Source: Mobula hypostoma (Eukaryota). Taken from it: a stretch of DNA of 64,000 nt. The DNA lies in contig NC_086097.1 in the NCBI RefSeq assembly GCF_963921235.1, forward strand, positions 129,148,001-129,212,000, in the 5' to 3' direction. The notes under the pieces were generated by a model. That model saw nothing but the letters and a program-made list of their open reading frames with translations. It was not told the origin of the DNA and did not search any database. A program made the position numbers and the translations under genes. Below are positions 1-11,136 of the stretch, piece after piece (position 1 is the stretch's first letter; every line of letters starts with the position of its first letter).

Positions 1-229
1 GTATTTGTAGGGTCAATTTCAAGAGAGAAAAGTGTTTTTTTGTTATTGCTGACTGAGCAGACTTTAATCATGCTCCTGGAACTTAGCATCATCAAAAAAG
101 CACAGCAAAGAACCGATGGAGACAGAAGAGACTCCAGATGCTGGAATCTGGAGCAACACACAACTTGCTGAAAGATCTCAGCAGGTCAAGCAGCATCGAT
201 GGGAGCAAAGAAACTGTCAACATTTTATT

Positions 230-578
230 GAGTAATAGAGTCATAGAACATTACAGCACAGAAACAGGTACTTTGGCTTATCTAGTCTATGCTGAACCAT
301 TTAAACTGCCTAATTCCATCGAATTACACTGAGACCATAGCCCTCCATACCCCTACCAACCATGCACATATCTAAACCTCTCTTAAGTGTTGAAATTAAG
401 CTCGAATGCGCCACTTGTGCAGGCAGCTCATTCCACACACTCACAGCCCTCTGACTGAAGAAATTTTCCCTCATGTTCCCCTTAAACTTTTCATCTTTCA
501 CCCTTCGCCCATGATATCTGATTGTAGTCCCACCCAACTTCAATGGAAAAAGCCTGCTTGCCTTTACCATACATACAT

Positions 579-621
<43 letters not shown>

Positions 622-880
622 TATATATGTATATCCCTCATAATTTTGTATACCTCTATCACATCTCTTCTCAATCTTCTATGTTCCAAGCAATAAATTC
701 CTATCCTATTCAATCTTTTCTTATAACTCAGGTCCTCCAGACCCAGCCACATCCTTGAAAATTTTCTCTGTACTCTTTGAACATTATTTCCATCTTTGCT
801 ATAGGTAGGTGACCAAAACTGCACGTAATACTCTAAATTAGGCCTCACCAATGTCCTGTACAACTTCAACATAACATTTT
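230..880 (-). mobile_element. CR1-type LINE 3' fragment
   Basis: ORFs read LYRTLVRPNLEYYVQFWSP, RRLRRDVIEVYK and FFSQRAVSVWNELP. Short tandem tail at the left end. Confidence 0.9.
582..616. repeat. (CA)n microsatellite inside a CR1 fragment
   Basis: Pure CA run. Confidence 0.98.
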
Positions 881-1542
881 GGGTGGAAACCCTGCCTCTT
901 GACTGGAACTCCTGATGCTGTTGAATCCAATGAGATCTGGTGTCAGCACAGAAAGAGGTCCAATCCATCCATGCCACAGTGATGTTCATCTGCACTAATC
1001 CCATTTGCCTCTACTGCTCCATGCAATGGCCACCATTTCTGTACCTGTCCAAAAGATACTTAAATACCATAATTGCACCTGCCCTATCACCACTGCTGGT
1101 AGTTTGTTCCAGATAACCACTGTGTAGAAAACCACATCCTTCAGATCTCCTTTAAACGTCTCCACTCTCACTCTAAACCTGTCCCTCTAGTACAGCCCTC
1201 TATTCCAGACACCATCCAGGTGAATTTCTTCTGAACTCTTTCTATTACTACCACATCCTTCCTGCAGGGTTTCAACCAGAATTATATACAATACTCCAAA
1301 TGTTTTGTATCTCTGCAACATGACATTCCAATTCTTACGCTCAATGCATCAGCCTCTGGGGGCAAAGATACCAGATTTCTTGTTCACTGTTCTCTCCACC
1401 TGCATCACCACTTTCAGTGAGCTAGAGACTTACATTCCAAGATCCCTCTGTACATCCAAAATTCCCAGAGACAAAAATCTGAAAGTGCAGTCAATTCATC
1501 ATTACTACAGTCAAGCACTACATATTGAGTGAGTTGGAACAC

Positions 1543-2455
1543 TCAAAGGTTCAAAGGTCCAATTTTATGTCAGAGAAATGTACACAATATACATTCTGAA
1601 ATGTTTTTTCTTCACAAACATCTACGAAAACAGAGAAGTGCCCCAAAGAATGAACAACAGTTAAACGTGAGAACCCCAAAGTCTCCAACTCCCCCCTCCC
1701 ACGCGTAAGCGGCAGTGAGCAACAACCCCCTCCCCCCCCACCAGCAAATAAAAAGCAAGCATCGGGACCGCCAACAAGCACTCCAGCGTGAGCAAGGCAA
1801 TAGCAAAGACACAGTCTTGAAGTTACCACAAAAACTTCGCGTTTCATCCGGCATTTGACATACCACAGGTTCTCTCTCTCCTTGATAAGGGAGAGGAAGG
1901 TTTCTCCATTTTCCCAGCGAGCGGGGAGACATAACAACAACTCGCTGGTTTACAATGTTAAAAGTCCATTACATTGCTTTTTTCGAGCTCTGTGCCTGAA
2001 GATCGCAAAGATCTCGGGTCTTTGGGCCCACAGCAGTAGATTTTCCGACTCCCCCAATGACACACGGGTCTCCTGCCGTGACACCGACCCTCAATCCACC
2101 CATCTCTAAAGCCCCGAGATCTTAGACTTCCAAACCCGAGCCGGACTCACAGGCCGAACACTTGGCGTGCCAAACAACGGCCAATCCTGAAACCCCGAGA
2201 ACGGGTCCCATTCCCGCAAAGAACTGAAGTCTGCATGTAACTGCAGGTCAGGGTCTTCAAAAGAACCCTGAAAGGGAAAAATAAAGATATTAAAGATGGA
2301 AATAGAGCTGTTTTGGAAGATGCAAGCAAAGGAGTCGCCATTTACTATTTATTACAATTTATTATTTATGGTGCAACTGTAACGAAAACCAATTTCCCCC
2401 GGGATCAACACAGTATGACTATGACTATGACTAGTGCCATCTTAACTCCACCTCC
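1543..2455 (-). mobile_element. Non-coding retroposon (AAGATGGC head, TTTGAACC-type tandem tail), interrupted near 2344-2432 by a short plus-strand LINE 3' end with an (ACTATG)3 tail
   Basis: GC/CpG-rich body distinct from flanks; tail tcaaaggttcaaagg; head gccatctt. An element with similar ends is at about 62215-62510. Confidence 0.6.
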
Positions 2456-2685
2456 GCCTCTGTGTTAAGAAAGTTGTGTAGGGCGGTTGATGGGGCTTCA
2501 CTGCAATGGTGAGGGGTGACAGCTACGCATTTACATTAGCACAGGCTCAAATAAGGGCAGCAGCAGCGGCACCCTCCAACACAGCCACTAGCAGGAAAAT
2601 GCCAGCACTTCAGCCTTACAAACTTCCATTAGCACACTGCTCAGGTTCCACCTGCAAGATACACAGGAAGAGGCAACAACTGGAT

Positions 2686-4215
2686 ACCCATAAGACCATA
2701 AGACAAAGGAGCAGAAGTCGGCCATTCAGCCCAGAGTCTGCTCCGCCATTTTATCATGAGCTGATCCATTCGCCCATTTAGTCCCACTCCCCCGCCTTCT
2801 CACCATAACCTTTGATGCCCTAGCTACTCAGATACCTATCAATCTCTGCCTTAAATACACCCAATGACTTGGCCTCCACTGCCGCCCGTGGCAACAAATT
2901 CCATAGATTTACCACCCTCTGGCTAAAAAAATTTCTTCGTATCTCTGTTCTGAATGGGCGCCCTTCAATCCTTAAGTCATGCCCTCTTGCACTAGACTCC
3001 CCCATCATGGGAATCAACTTTGCCACATCCACTCTGTCCATGCCTTTCAACATTCGAAATGTTTCTATGAGGTTCCCCCTCATTCTTCTAAACTCCAAGG
3101 AATACAGTCCAAGAGCGGACAAACGTTCCTCATATGTTAACCCTCCCATTCCCGGAATCATTCTAGTGAATCTTCTCTGAACCCTCTCCAACATCAGCAC
3201 ACCCTTTCTTAAATAAGAAGACCAAAACTGCCCACAGTACTCCAAGTGAGGTCTCACCAGCACCTTATAGAGGATCAACATCACATCCCTGCTCCTATAC
3301 TCTATTTCTCTAGAAATGAATGCCAACATTGCATTCGCCTTCTTCACTACCGACTCAACCTGGAGGTTAACCTTAAGGGTATCCTGCACGAGGACTCCCA
3401 AGTCCCATTGCATCTCAGAACTTTGAATTCTCTCCCCGTTTAAATAATAGTCTGCCCGTTTATTCCTTCTGCCAAAGTGCACAACCATACACTTTCCAAC
3501 ATTGTATTTCATTTGCCACTTCTCTGCCCATTCTTCCAATTTATCCAAGTCTCTCTGCAGACTCTCTGTTTCCTTAGCACTACCGGCCCCTCCACCTATC
3601 TTCGTATCATCAGCAAACCTAGCCACAAAGCCATCTATTCCATAATCTAAATCGTTGATGTACAACGTAAAAAGAAGCTGCCCCAACACGGACCCCTGTG
3701 GAACACCACTGGTAACCGGCAGCCAACCAGAATAGGATCCCTTTATTCCCAATCTCTGTTTCCTGCCAATCAGCCAACTGTCTATGCACGTAACTTTCCC
3801 GTAATTCCATGGGCTCTTATCTTGTTAAGTAGCCTCATGTGTGGCACCTTGTCAAAGGTCTTCTGAAAATCCAAATATACAACATCCACTGCATCTCCCT
3901 TGTCTAGCCTAATTGTAATTTCCTCAAAAAATTGTAATAGGTTTGTCAGGCAGGATTTTCCTTCAAGGAAACTATGCTGAGTTCTGCCTATCTTGTCATA
4001 TGCCTTCAGGTACTCCGTACCTCATCCTTGACAATCGACTCCAACAACTTCCGATGTGAAGCTAACAGGTCTATAATTTCCTTTTTGCTTCCTTTTTGCT
4101 TCCTTGCCCCCTTCTTAAATAGCGAAGTGACATTTGCAATCTTCCAGTCCTCCGGCAACATGCCAGAATCTATCGACTTTTGAAAGATAATCGCTAATGC
4201 CTCCGCAATCTCCAC
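2686..4215 (-). mobile_element. CR1-type LINE, 5'-truncated, with a 310-aa open RT/C-terminal ORF (2820-3752)
   Basis: GVPQGSVLG, LYINDL, FADDTK and LVRPHLEYC motifs; tandem tail cataagaccataagac; upstream part frameshifted (PEDWKIANVT). Confidence 0.97.
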
Positions 4216-5584
4216 AGGGGAGTTCATAGTACATTAAACAGGGAGCTGGGTCACGGTTACTTTGGAGGTCACCATATTAAAGGATGTGCCCCGTGACCTT
4301 ACTGCACAGACCAATCTGTCATTTTGTCTGATGAGTCTGCCAGTCAGTTGGCAATCATAAAGCAGCTGGCACCCTGGCTCTTATAAGACCATAATAATAG
4401 AGTCCTGTGATTGCTTGAAATAGCCAGGCACTGCAAACGTTGGGTAAACAGCCAATTGTAATCCAAGTCCTTAACCCTACTCTGCACATGTATAAGCTCA
4501 TCCTCTGATCTTCAGGCATAGACCCATAGTTCAGCACCTTCATTTATCACACCACTCCTCACCTAGATTAGCATGGCCTGTAAATTATTGGGAACACCTC
4601 ATCTTGCTCATTCTCTGCCTCTGATCCCTAGTTCATTCTCACCTCTTCCTCCTTTTAAAGCTGGGCGAATTTCCACAGAGAATTCCATACCCAGTGCCGT
4701 AAATATTACCTTGCCAAAGGAAAGGAGGAGGCAAATATCCCTACAGCTATTATCCTTGAGATGTCAAACTTGGCTTTCCAAATCTCATTCACCCATGGGC
4801 CAAATGTACCCTGACCCACATTGTTTCCCAGTTAGGTAATGTCTCAATTTCAAAATTCTCATCGAAGTTTTCAAATTCGTCCATGGTCTCTCCCCCCCCC
4901 CCCCCCCCGCTTCACCTATCATTTCTGGAATTTTATTAACCTCCCCCACTTTCTCTAATTTTGGCTACTTGTTATTGCTAAGTTTAATCACCATCAGTGA
5001 CAGTCCTTTCAACTGTTTAAGCATTAAACTCCCTCTAAGCCTCTCCGTTTTGATACGTTGTCCTTCTCTTGAAAATGTTTCGCATCACCAGGATCAAGGT
5101 CATCTGCCCTGATATTTCCTTATGTGGTCTTGTTCAATAGTGCTTATATGAATTAGCAGTCCTTTGGATCTCATACAATCATTAAGCAATACAACATGGA
5201 GAGAGGCCCTGTGGCCCACTATATCCATGGCAACAATCAAACACCCATTTTTACACTAATCCTACTCTCACTTTATTTATTCTTCCCACATTCATGTCAA
5301 CGCCTACTCACAATTCTACCACTCAACCACTTTAGGGACAAATTACAGTAATCAATCTGCAATTTGCATATTTTTGGGGCATGGAAGGAATCTGGAGCAC
5401 CTGAAGGAAATCCATGCAGTCACATGAAGAACATACAAACCAAACATAAACAGAACCACTGCATGACTAAGGCTCAATCCTATTAATGCTCAGAGTCTGT
5501 CGTGGACAGAGACATTGCCTCAGAATGATCCTGCACCGTCTGTTAAGCAAGGAGAAGACAACCCAAATACTCAATTGAAGTTAA

Positions 5585-6520
5585 GAAAATTCAGAATCAC
5601 CTTTACTTTATACTTTATTGTCGCCAAACAATTGATACTAGAGCGTACAATCATCACAGCGATATTTGATTCTGCGCTTCCTGCTCCCTGGAGTACAAAT
5701 CGATAGTAAATATTAAAAATTTAAATTATAAATCATAAATAGAAAATAGAAAAGGGAGAGTAAGGTAGTGCAAAAAAACTGAGAGGCAGGTCCGGGTACG
5801 GCCTAGACCCAGGTCAGGATCCGTTCAGCAGTCTTATCACAGTTGGAAAGAAGCTGTTCCCAAGTCTGGCCGTACGAGTCTTCGAGCTCCTGAGCCTTCT
5901 CCTGGAGGGAAGAGGGACGAAAAGTGTGTTGCTTGGGTGGGTCATGTCCTTGATTATCCTGGCAGCACGGCTCCGACAGCGTGAAGTGTGAGTCCAAGGA
6001 TGGAAGATTAGTTTGTGTGGTGTGCTGGGCTGTGTTCACAATCTTCTGCAGCGATCACCTGCATATTTTGTGAAATTGGTTGCTTTTGCAGCAGCAGTAC
6101 AATGCAATAAATAATAATAGAAAAAATAAATTACTCTGTATATATAATATATAAAATTTTAATTTTAATTTATATTATATATTATAATGTAAAATTTTAA
6201 CTTTTACCATTTATTATAAGTAGTGCAAAAATAGAAATAAAAAGTATAAGGTAGTGTTCATGGTGGGTTCAATGTCCGTTCAGAAATCAGATTGCAGAGG
6301 AGAAGATACTGTCCCTGAATTATTGAGTGTGAGTGTGTGCCTGCAGGCTTCTGTACCTCCTTCCTGATGGTTGCAATGAGTACAAGGTATAACCTGGGTG
6401 ATGGGGGTCCTTAAAGATGGACGCCGCCTTTCTGAGGCATCACTCCTTGAAGATGACCTGGATACTATGGAGTCTAGTGCCCGTGATGGAGCTTACTTGG
6501 ATGCTGTGCAGTAGCCCCTC
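5585..6520 (-). mobile_element. Two adjacent Rex1/Babar-like LINE 3' fragments
   Basis: Minus-strand similarity to the other HP..LF..LPSGRR.RS...R..NSFFP copies in the window, with AT-rich 3' UTRs. Confidence 0.75.
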
Positions 6521-6589
6521 CACGGTGGAAAATAGGTGGAATTTAAAAAAGTTGCAGTACTTTCCTTTATATAAGAATGTAAACATTGC

Positions 6590-6905
6590 CGGGCAGCATG
6601 GTAGTGTACTGTTTAGTGTAACGATTTACAGTACCGGTGATCAGGGTACAATCCCCACCACTGTCCGTGAAGAGCTTGTTCGTTTCTCCTCATGACCACT
6701 CGGGTTTCCTCCGGGTGCTCTAGTTTCCTCCCCCATTCCAAAGGTATACAGATTAGAGTAATCGGTTTTGGGCACGCTATGATGGTGCCAGAAGCATGGT
6801 CACACTTGCATATCCTTGGACTGTGTTGGTCGTTGACACAACAACGCATGTCATTGTATGATTCAATGTTTCAATGTACACGTGACAAATAATGCTAATC
6901 TTTAA
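6590..6905 (+). mobile_element. tRNA-derived V-SINE (HE1-like)
   Basis: tRNA-like head and central core GGTTTCCTCCGGGTGCTCTAGTTTCCTCCC. Related copies at about 5190-5480(-), 29620-29845(-), 37305-37595(+), 39950-40250(-), 42830-43130(-) and 56400-56700(+). Confidence 0.85.
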
Positions 6906-7490
6906 ATCCTTAAAAAAACAAACAACTGTCAAATGAAGTCATGTAACACAATTGCTAAATCCAATCAGACATAAGATCTACTTGTATTGCATTTAAGCTT
7001 TGTGTTCTAATAAAATATCTCTAAATGTTTTGAATCCATTTGATGAAAAATGCCTTTGAAGTAAAGACTATGAGTGAGTTAAACTTGTAACTTATAGAAA
7101 ACAAACAATAGCATCATGAAATAATCACTGGAAACACACACAACTCAAAAACTCCCTATTTCTGGGCCTACATTGGTTGTTTAACACATTCATAATTCCA
7201 AATTCAGGGTTTTACATTTTCAGTGGAATTGCTCTCAAATACAATACTGTCAATAAAGTCACTATAAATTGATTCTACAGTGGTTTTACAAGAGAAATAG
7301 TGCTGAGAGCAGGTAAGAGAAAACTTGCTAAAAGAAACCCTTAATTCTGGCTGAAATACTTAATTCTGGCTGTATTGTGCTCCAGTAATCACCAAGTTGC
7401 TGAGAAATTAATCGTAAACCTTAGTAAAATATTCGGATACAGACTACAACAATCTACAATTGAAACATGCACAGCAAGGGATCTAGATAC

Positions 7491-7640
7491 CTTTGTTTTT
7501 TCCCTTGAAAATGCCATTACTCGTTGCTTGGTGTCTTCCTCCTGTGTTTTGACAGACAGCTTTTGTTGTTGAACCAGATGCTCCTCTTGCGACCAGCAAT
7601 CCATGTGCGTTTCACGAAATCTCTGTCGTTGATCTTGGGC
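7491..7640 (-). CDS. OFCC1: OFCC1 coding exon, 150 nt, AQDQRQRFRETHMDCWSQEEHLVQQQKLSVKTQEEDTKQRVMAFSREKTK (coiled-coil-like)
   Basis: Acceptor gagtag|, donor CAAAG|gtatc, phase 0 to 0, in frame with the preceding exon. Q/E/K/R-rich. Confidence 0.8.
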
Positions 7641-8153
7641 CTACTCAGGCATGACAGATTATAGATTGCAGTGGAAGGGTAATTATTATATTACTCAATG
7701 TTTTTAATACCTTTAGCCATAATTATTCCTTTGTTTAAATAGGGGAAGCTGCCTCTATACAAAAATATACTTGTTAATCTGCACCATTAATCAAAAAGGT
7801 ACTTCTTGCTATTTAGCAGTACAATATTACAAATTAATCGTTGTACTTTTTAAGGAAACAAAGAAATTATTTTTGAATCTACCTGTTAGCATTCTCTCAA
7901 TTTGGTTTCAATTAATACATCCTTAATTTATAACTGTAAATGACCTTCATTAGTAACTTGTGATTAAAAATAGCAATTACAACATTAAAATTCTGGTTAC
8001 TACATATTAAGTACATTCTTCTACATTATTTTTAATGGATTATTATAACAACGCAGAGCTTTTGACAAAGAAAGAATGGTTTTGTTAGGCTGTTCGTTGA
8101 CATTACAATAACAGAAAGGAGTAAGATTGCATTGTTTAGTTTTGAAGTCTGAC

Positions 8154-8413
8154 CTGTTCAAGTGAAAGGCTGCCAACCAGAATCATGTCATCTTGCACAC
8201 TCGTCTCGAACTGTTCGACATAAGGAGGGATCATCTCTCTCTCCACCTCTTGCCGCAGGCCCCGTATATTATTGCATACTCCAGCGCTTTTGCACCTCAT
8301 GCAAGCTCCAGTGGTTTCTGTCGTCAGATATATAGAAAACTGCTGAGCCTGGTTCACTACAGGTGCCTTATGGCTGACCTTTATAGTTAAAGTGGTAGCC
8401 TCAAGAACTCTAA
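8154..8413 (-). CDS. OFCC1: OFCC1 coding exon ...AQQFSIYLTTETTG...PPYVEQFETSVQDDMILVGSLSLEQ (5' boundary uncertain: 8413 or 8356 for phase 1)
   Basis: Frame open from 8417 to donor GAACAG|gtcaga (phase 0). The 3' end aligns with recalled human LEEFQ...IILLGSSPLEQ. Confidence 0.8.
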
Positions 8414-8669
8414 CTATCTAAAGCAGCCATTTATGCTACCCTCGTGATAATTCTGAATCCATCACACAGTATGCTCTATATAGTTCCAAAATCAGACAGA
8501 TCTGGGCTATCAGAAAATTTTTTTAAAAACTTAATGACTGGACAGTGGAACCAACAGCAATTAAAAGGCATTACTATTACTTCAATGTCACAAATTAAAT
8601 CCCTTCCTCTGTTTTCACAATTAAAACAAAGTTGACATCAGCGACAGTGGGGTGACCACAATAATAAAG

Positions 8670-9030
8670 GTCGGCATTTATCAGGGGCATCTCACATCTC
8701 TCTCAGAGCTCCATGAAGTACTTTATAGCCATGGAAATATGTTTTGAACTGTGGTCACCGCTATAATGTAGGAAACATAGCCACAGAAAGCAATATGATA
8801 GCAAACAGATAATCTACTGAAGCAATATTGAGGGATAAATAGTGGCCAGGACACCAGAAATGACTCTTCAGTTTCTTGAAATAGTGCCATGGGATCTTTT
8901 ACCGAGCAGGCAGGTCCTCAGTTTAACACCATTACTGCGTCGGAGTGTCAGCCGGGATTTCTTTGTGTGAGTCTTGAGCCCATCATCCACTAAGTGAAAG
9001 GGAAGTGTGTTACTCACGCAGCCACAGCAG
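8670..9030 (-). mobile_element. SacSINE1-like DeuSINE
   Basis: Minus strand reads GATCCCATGGCACTATTTCAAGAA...GGTGTCCTGGCCACTATTTATCCCTCAA, matching the Deu domain of AmnSINE1/SacSINE1 as recalled. Confidence 0.75.
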
Positions 9031-9614
9031 CAGAGGCCTACACGTGTCTGAAACATGGGCACAATTGCCACTAATGTTCACCAAAGGGATCAGCGGTAAT
9101 CTATGAACCGGGCTGCAAGCTAGGAGGATGTATAGCAGGGGGGCCCTGCCAGAAGTATTTATTAAATTATTTATTCAATGTCAAGGCAAGATTCCAATTA
9201 GTGTTTGCAGTTATTGGTTATTGAGCAGTTATAAGGTTTACATTAAATGAAACCCAATCAAAGACGAAGTGAAACTCAGGATTACCAAAGTATATTTCAA
9301 TTAAATTCCATACATGTAATGGAGAGAGTACTAACACATCCACACCTTTCTCTCAACCACAAAATTAAACAACCTTGTCATGATTTTTCCTATGCACATG
9401 AGACAGGTGTTATTCAGACTGACAGCATTTCCACTTGAGTCAACACTGGGGAAGAAAGCAACCACTGCTCCCACGACATATATCTACGGGAAGAGCATTG
9501 ATGTGGAATTTCAACCTGAAAGGATAACTCTCTTCCTCTCTCCATAGTCTGACGCACTATCTCCGTCATTTCCTGCTTTTATTTCACAAAAATATTCTGA
9601 TGTGCTGATATTAC

Positions 9615-9647
9615 CCTCAGAATATTCCTCATCTTCACCTTCCTCGT
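9615..9647 (-). CDS. OFCC1: Candidate 33-nt symmetric microexon (DEEGEDEEYSE)
   Basis: Acceptor cttcaccttcctcatccaaattaag|, donor GAGG|gtaata, phase 1 to 1, purine-rich and without stops. No homology evidence. Confidence 0.4.
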
Positions 9648-11049
9648 CTTAATTTGGATGAGGAAGGTGAAGCTGTAATTTATGGGTTTTTTTACCCTCT
9701 CCCAAATAGAAACAGTTTGCCTTTAATAGATCACGTTTTACATCTGAACTGGAGAATAGCCCTTTGATGGCGACTGGAATCCTCATTTCCAGTTTTTTTC
9801 TTGTTAATGCAGGGAAATGAGTTTATTAAATCCTAAACTTGTGTACTCTCTATTTCTAAAGCATACTGTTAACAGCAGTATAATGTTCTGTATTCTGTAT
9901 TCATGATCTTTAAACTGCTTACTAATAAAATATCCAGTGACACCTCTCAAGCAAAACCAGCCAAATGTATTCATACATTTGATTCACATGGACTTCTATG
10001 GACCGTGTCTCCACAATCTGAGGTTCAATCATGTGGTGAGATGTCAAACACAAACTGTTATTTCTGTTGCATTATTTGCTCTTGTCCAAACAATGGATTC
10101 CAGAGAAAATAATAGTCTGATAGTCCTTAAAGTGAGTTCAGCACTGCATCCGGCATAATATCAAAACATAATTTTCTTTTCAGATTACAGGATTACGACC
10201 CTTCTACCCTCCCCCACATGTCCCACCTCTCCCCAACCTTCATCAAAAAAAAATGATGGATGATTTGTCAGCCACAATATTGCAAATCCTCACACCAATT
10301 ACACAAGAATTTACACTGTGTGTGTGATGGAATGTGGTTTTACCACCAACCTATGTACACTTAAACAGAATTACTTGGGCTGGGGTTTCTTTATTTTTAA
10401 CTAGCTGAAATATTTCCCATACAAACACTGGACTTTTTTTTTAAAGGAGTACTGCACGATAAGGTCTGCCTCATCCTTCCTAAAGTATTGTGGGAAAAAT
10501 ATCTCCCACACTGATATCTATGTTTCTGGGATACTATTAATTATTGTCTCTAACCTACAATAGAACAGCATTGGGTGCTGCAAGTTATTGCAAAGGGAAG
10601 AAAAGTGTGCATAATAATAGTGTCCTCCAAAATAATAAAAACATAGCGAGCCCCAATTGGACACCTGACCAGTAAGATGACAGACTTTCTTCATTAAACT
10701 TCCTTCTGTTTATTTCCTGGTTAGTTTTTTTTTCTAATTTTCCGCATTTGTTTGCCCTTTCATCTACCTGGGGCATACAGCTGAGACAGTAAGGCTCAAA
10801 ATCTATTCCCAGTCACTTCTTTGATAAATACACCCATTTCCTCACTCCCACTTCCTCAGCCATCTCCAAAAGGTGTTCCCAGTCTCAGCACTTCCCATTC
10901 TTTCGGAGTCATGGCTTGGTGGACCAATCTCGAAACACAAGGGAAAAGTATCTCCACACTCAGCACGATGATCCAGTCTCAGAACATAAGGGTACAGAGG
11001 GTAACATAAATATGTTAATACCATCAGGAGCTACCCACTGAACTCCTAC

Positions 11050-11136
11050 CTGCATCCCTGTCATCCATGGTTTCCACCTCTTCTGTAAATTTCAGAAGCT
11101 TTCGATAGAAGTTCATATCATCACTGGTGTCAGGTT
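11050..11136 (-). CDS. OFCC1: OFCC1 coding exon, 87 nt, PDTSDDMNFYRKLLKFTEEVETMDDRDA
   Basis: Acceptor tttttgttcctcag|, donor GCAG|gtagga, phase 1 to 1. DD..FY.KL.K aligns with recalled human DDRIFYNRLTK. Confidence 0.85.

Noticed and set aside
2820..3752. 310-aa ORF as a host gene
   Set aside because: It is the RT C-terminus of a 5'-truncated CR1 with upstream frameshifts.
4891..4908. Poly-C run (G-run on the transcribed strand)
   Set aside because: Simple homopolymer with no further structure.
6135..6200. AT-only inverted repeat
   Set aside because: Low-complexity expansion within a LINE 3' UTR.
6590..6670. tRNA gene
   Set aside because: tRNA-derived SINE head with degenerate boxes, followed by the V-SINE core.
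9615..9672. Longer 58-nt version of the microexon (FTFLIQIKTRKVKMRNILR)
   Set aside because: Needs a phase-2 upstream exon; read in phase 1 it hits TGA. Its acceptor lacks a pyrimidine tract.
10585..10776. ORF with a hydrophobic C-terminus as an alternative terminal exon
   Set aside because: The nearby acceptor gives an immediate stop in the phase required by the upstream exon; no homology.
10856..10977. Phase-1 alternative last exon (DWIIVLSV...GTPFGDG*) about 70 nt after the 87-nt exon
   Set aside because: Rare GAG acceptor, very short intron and no supporting similarity.
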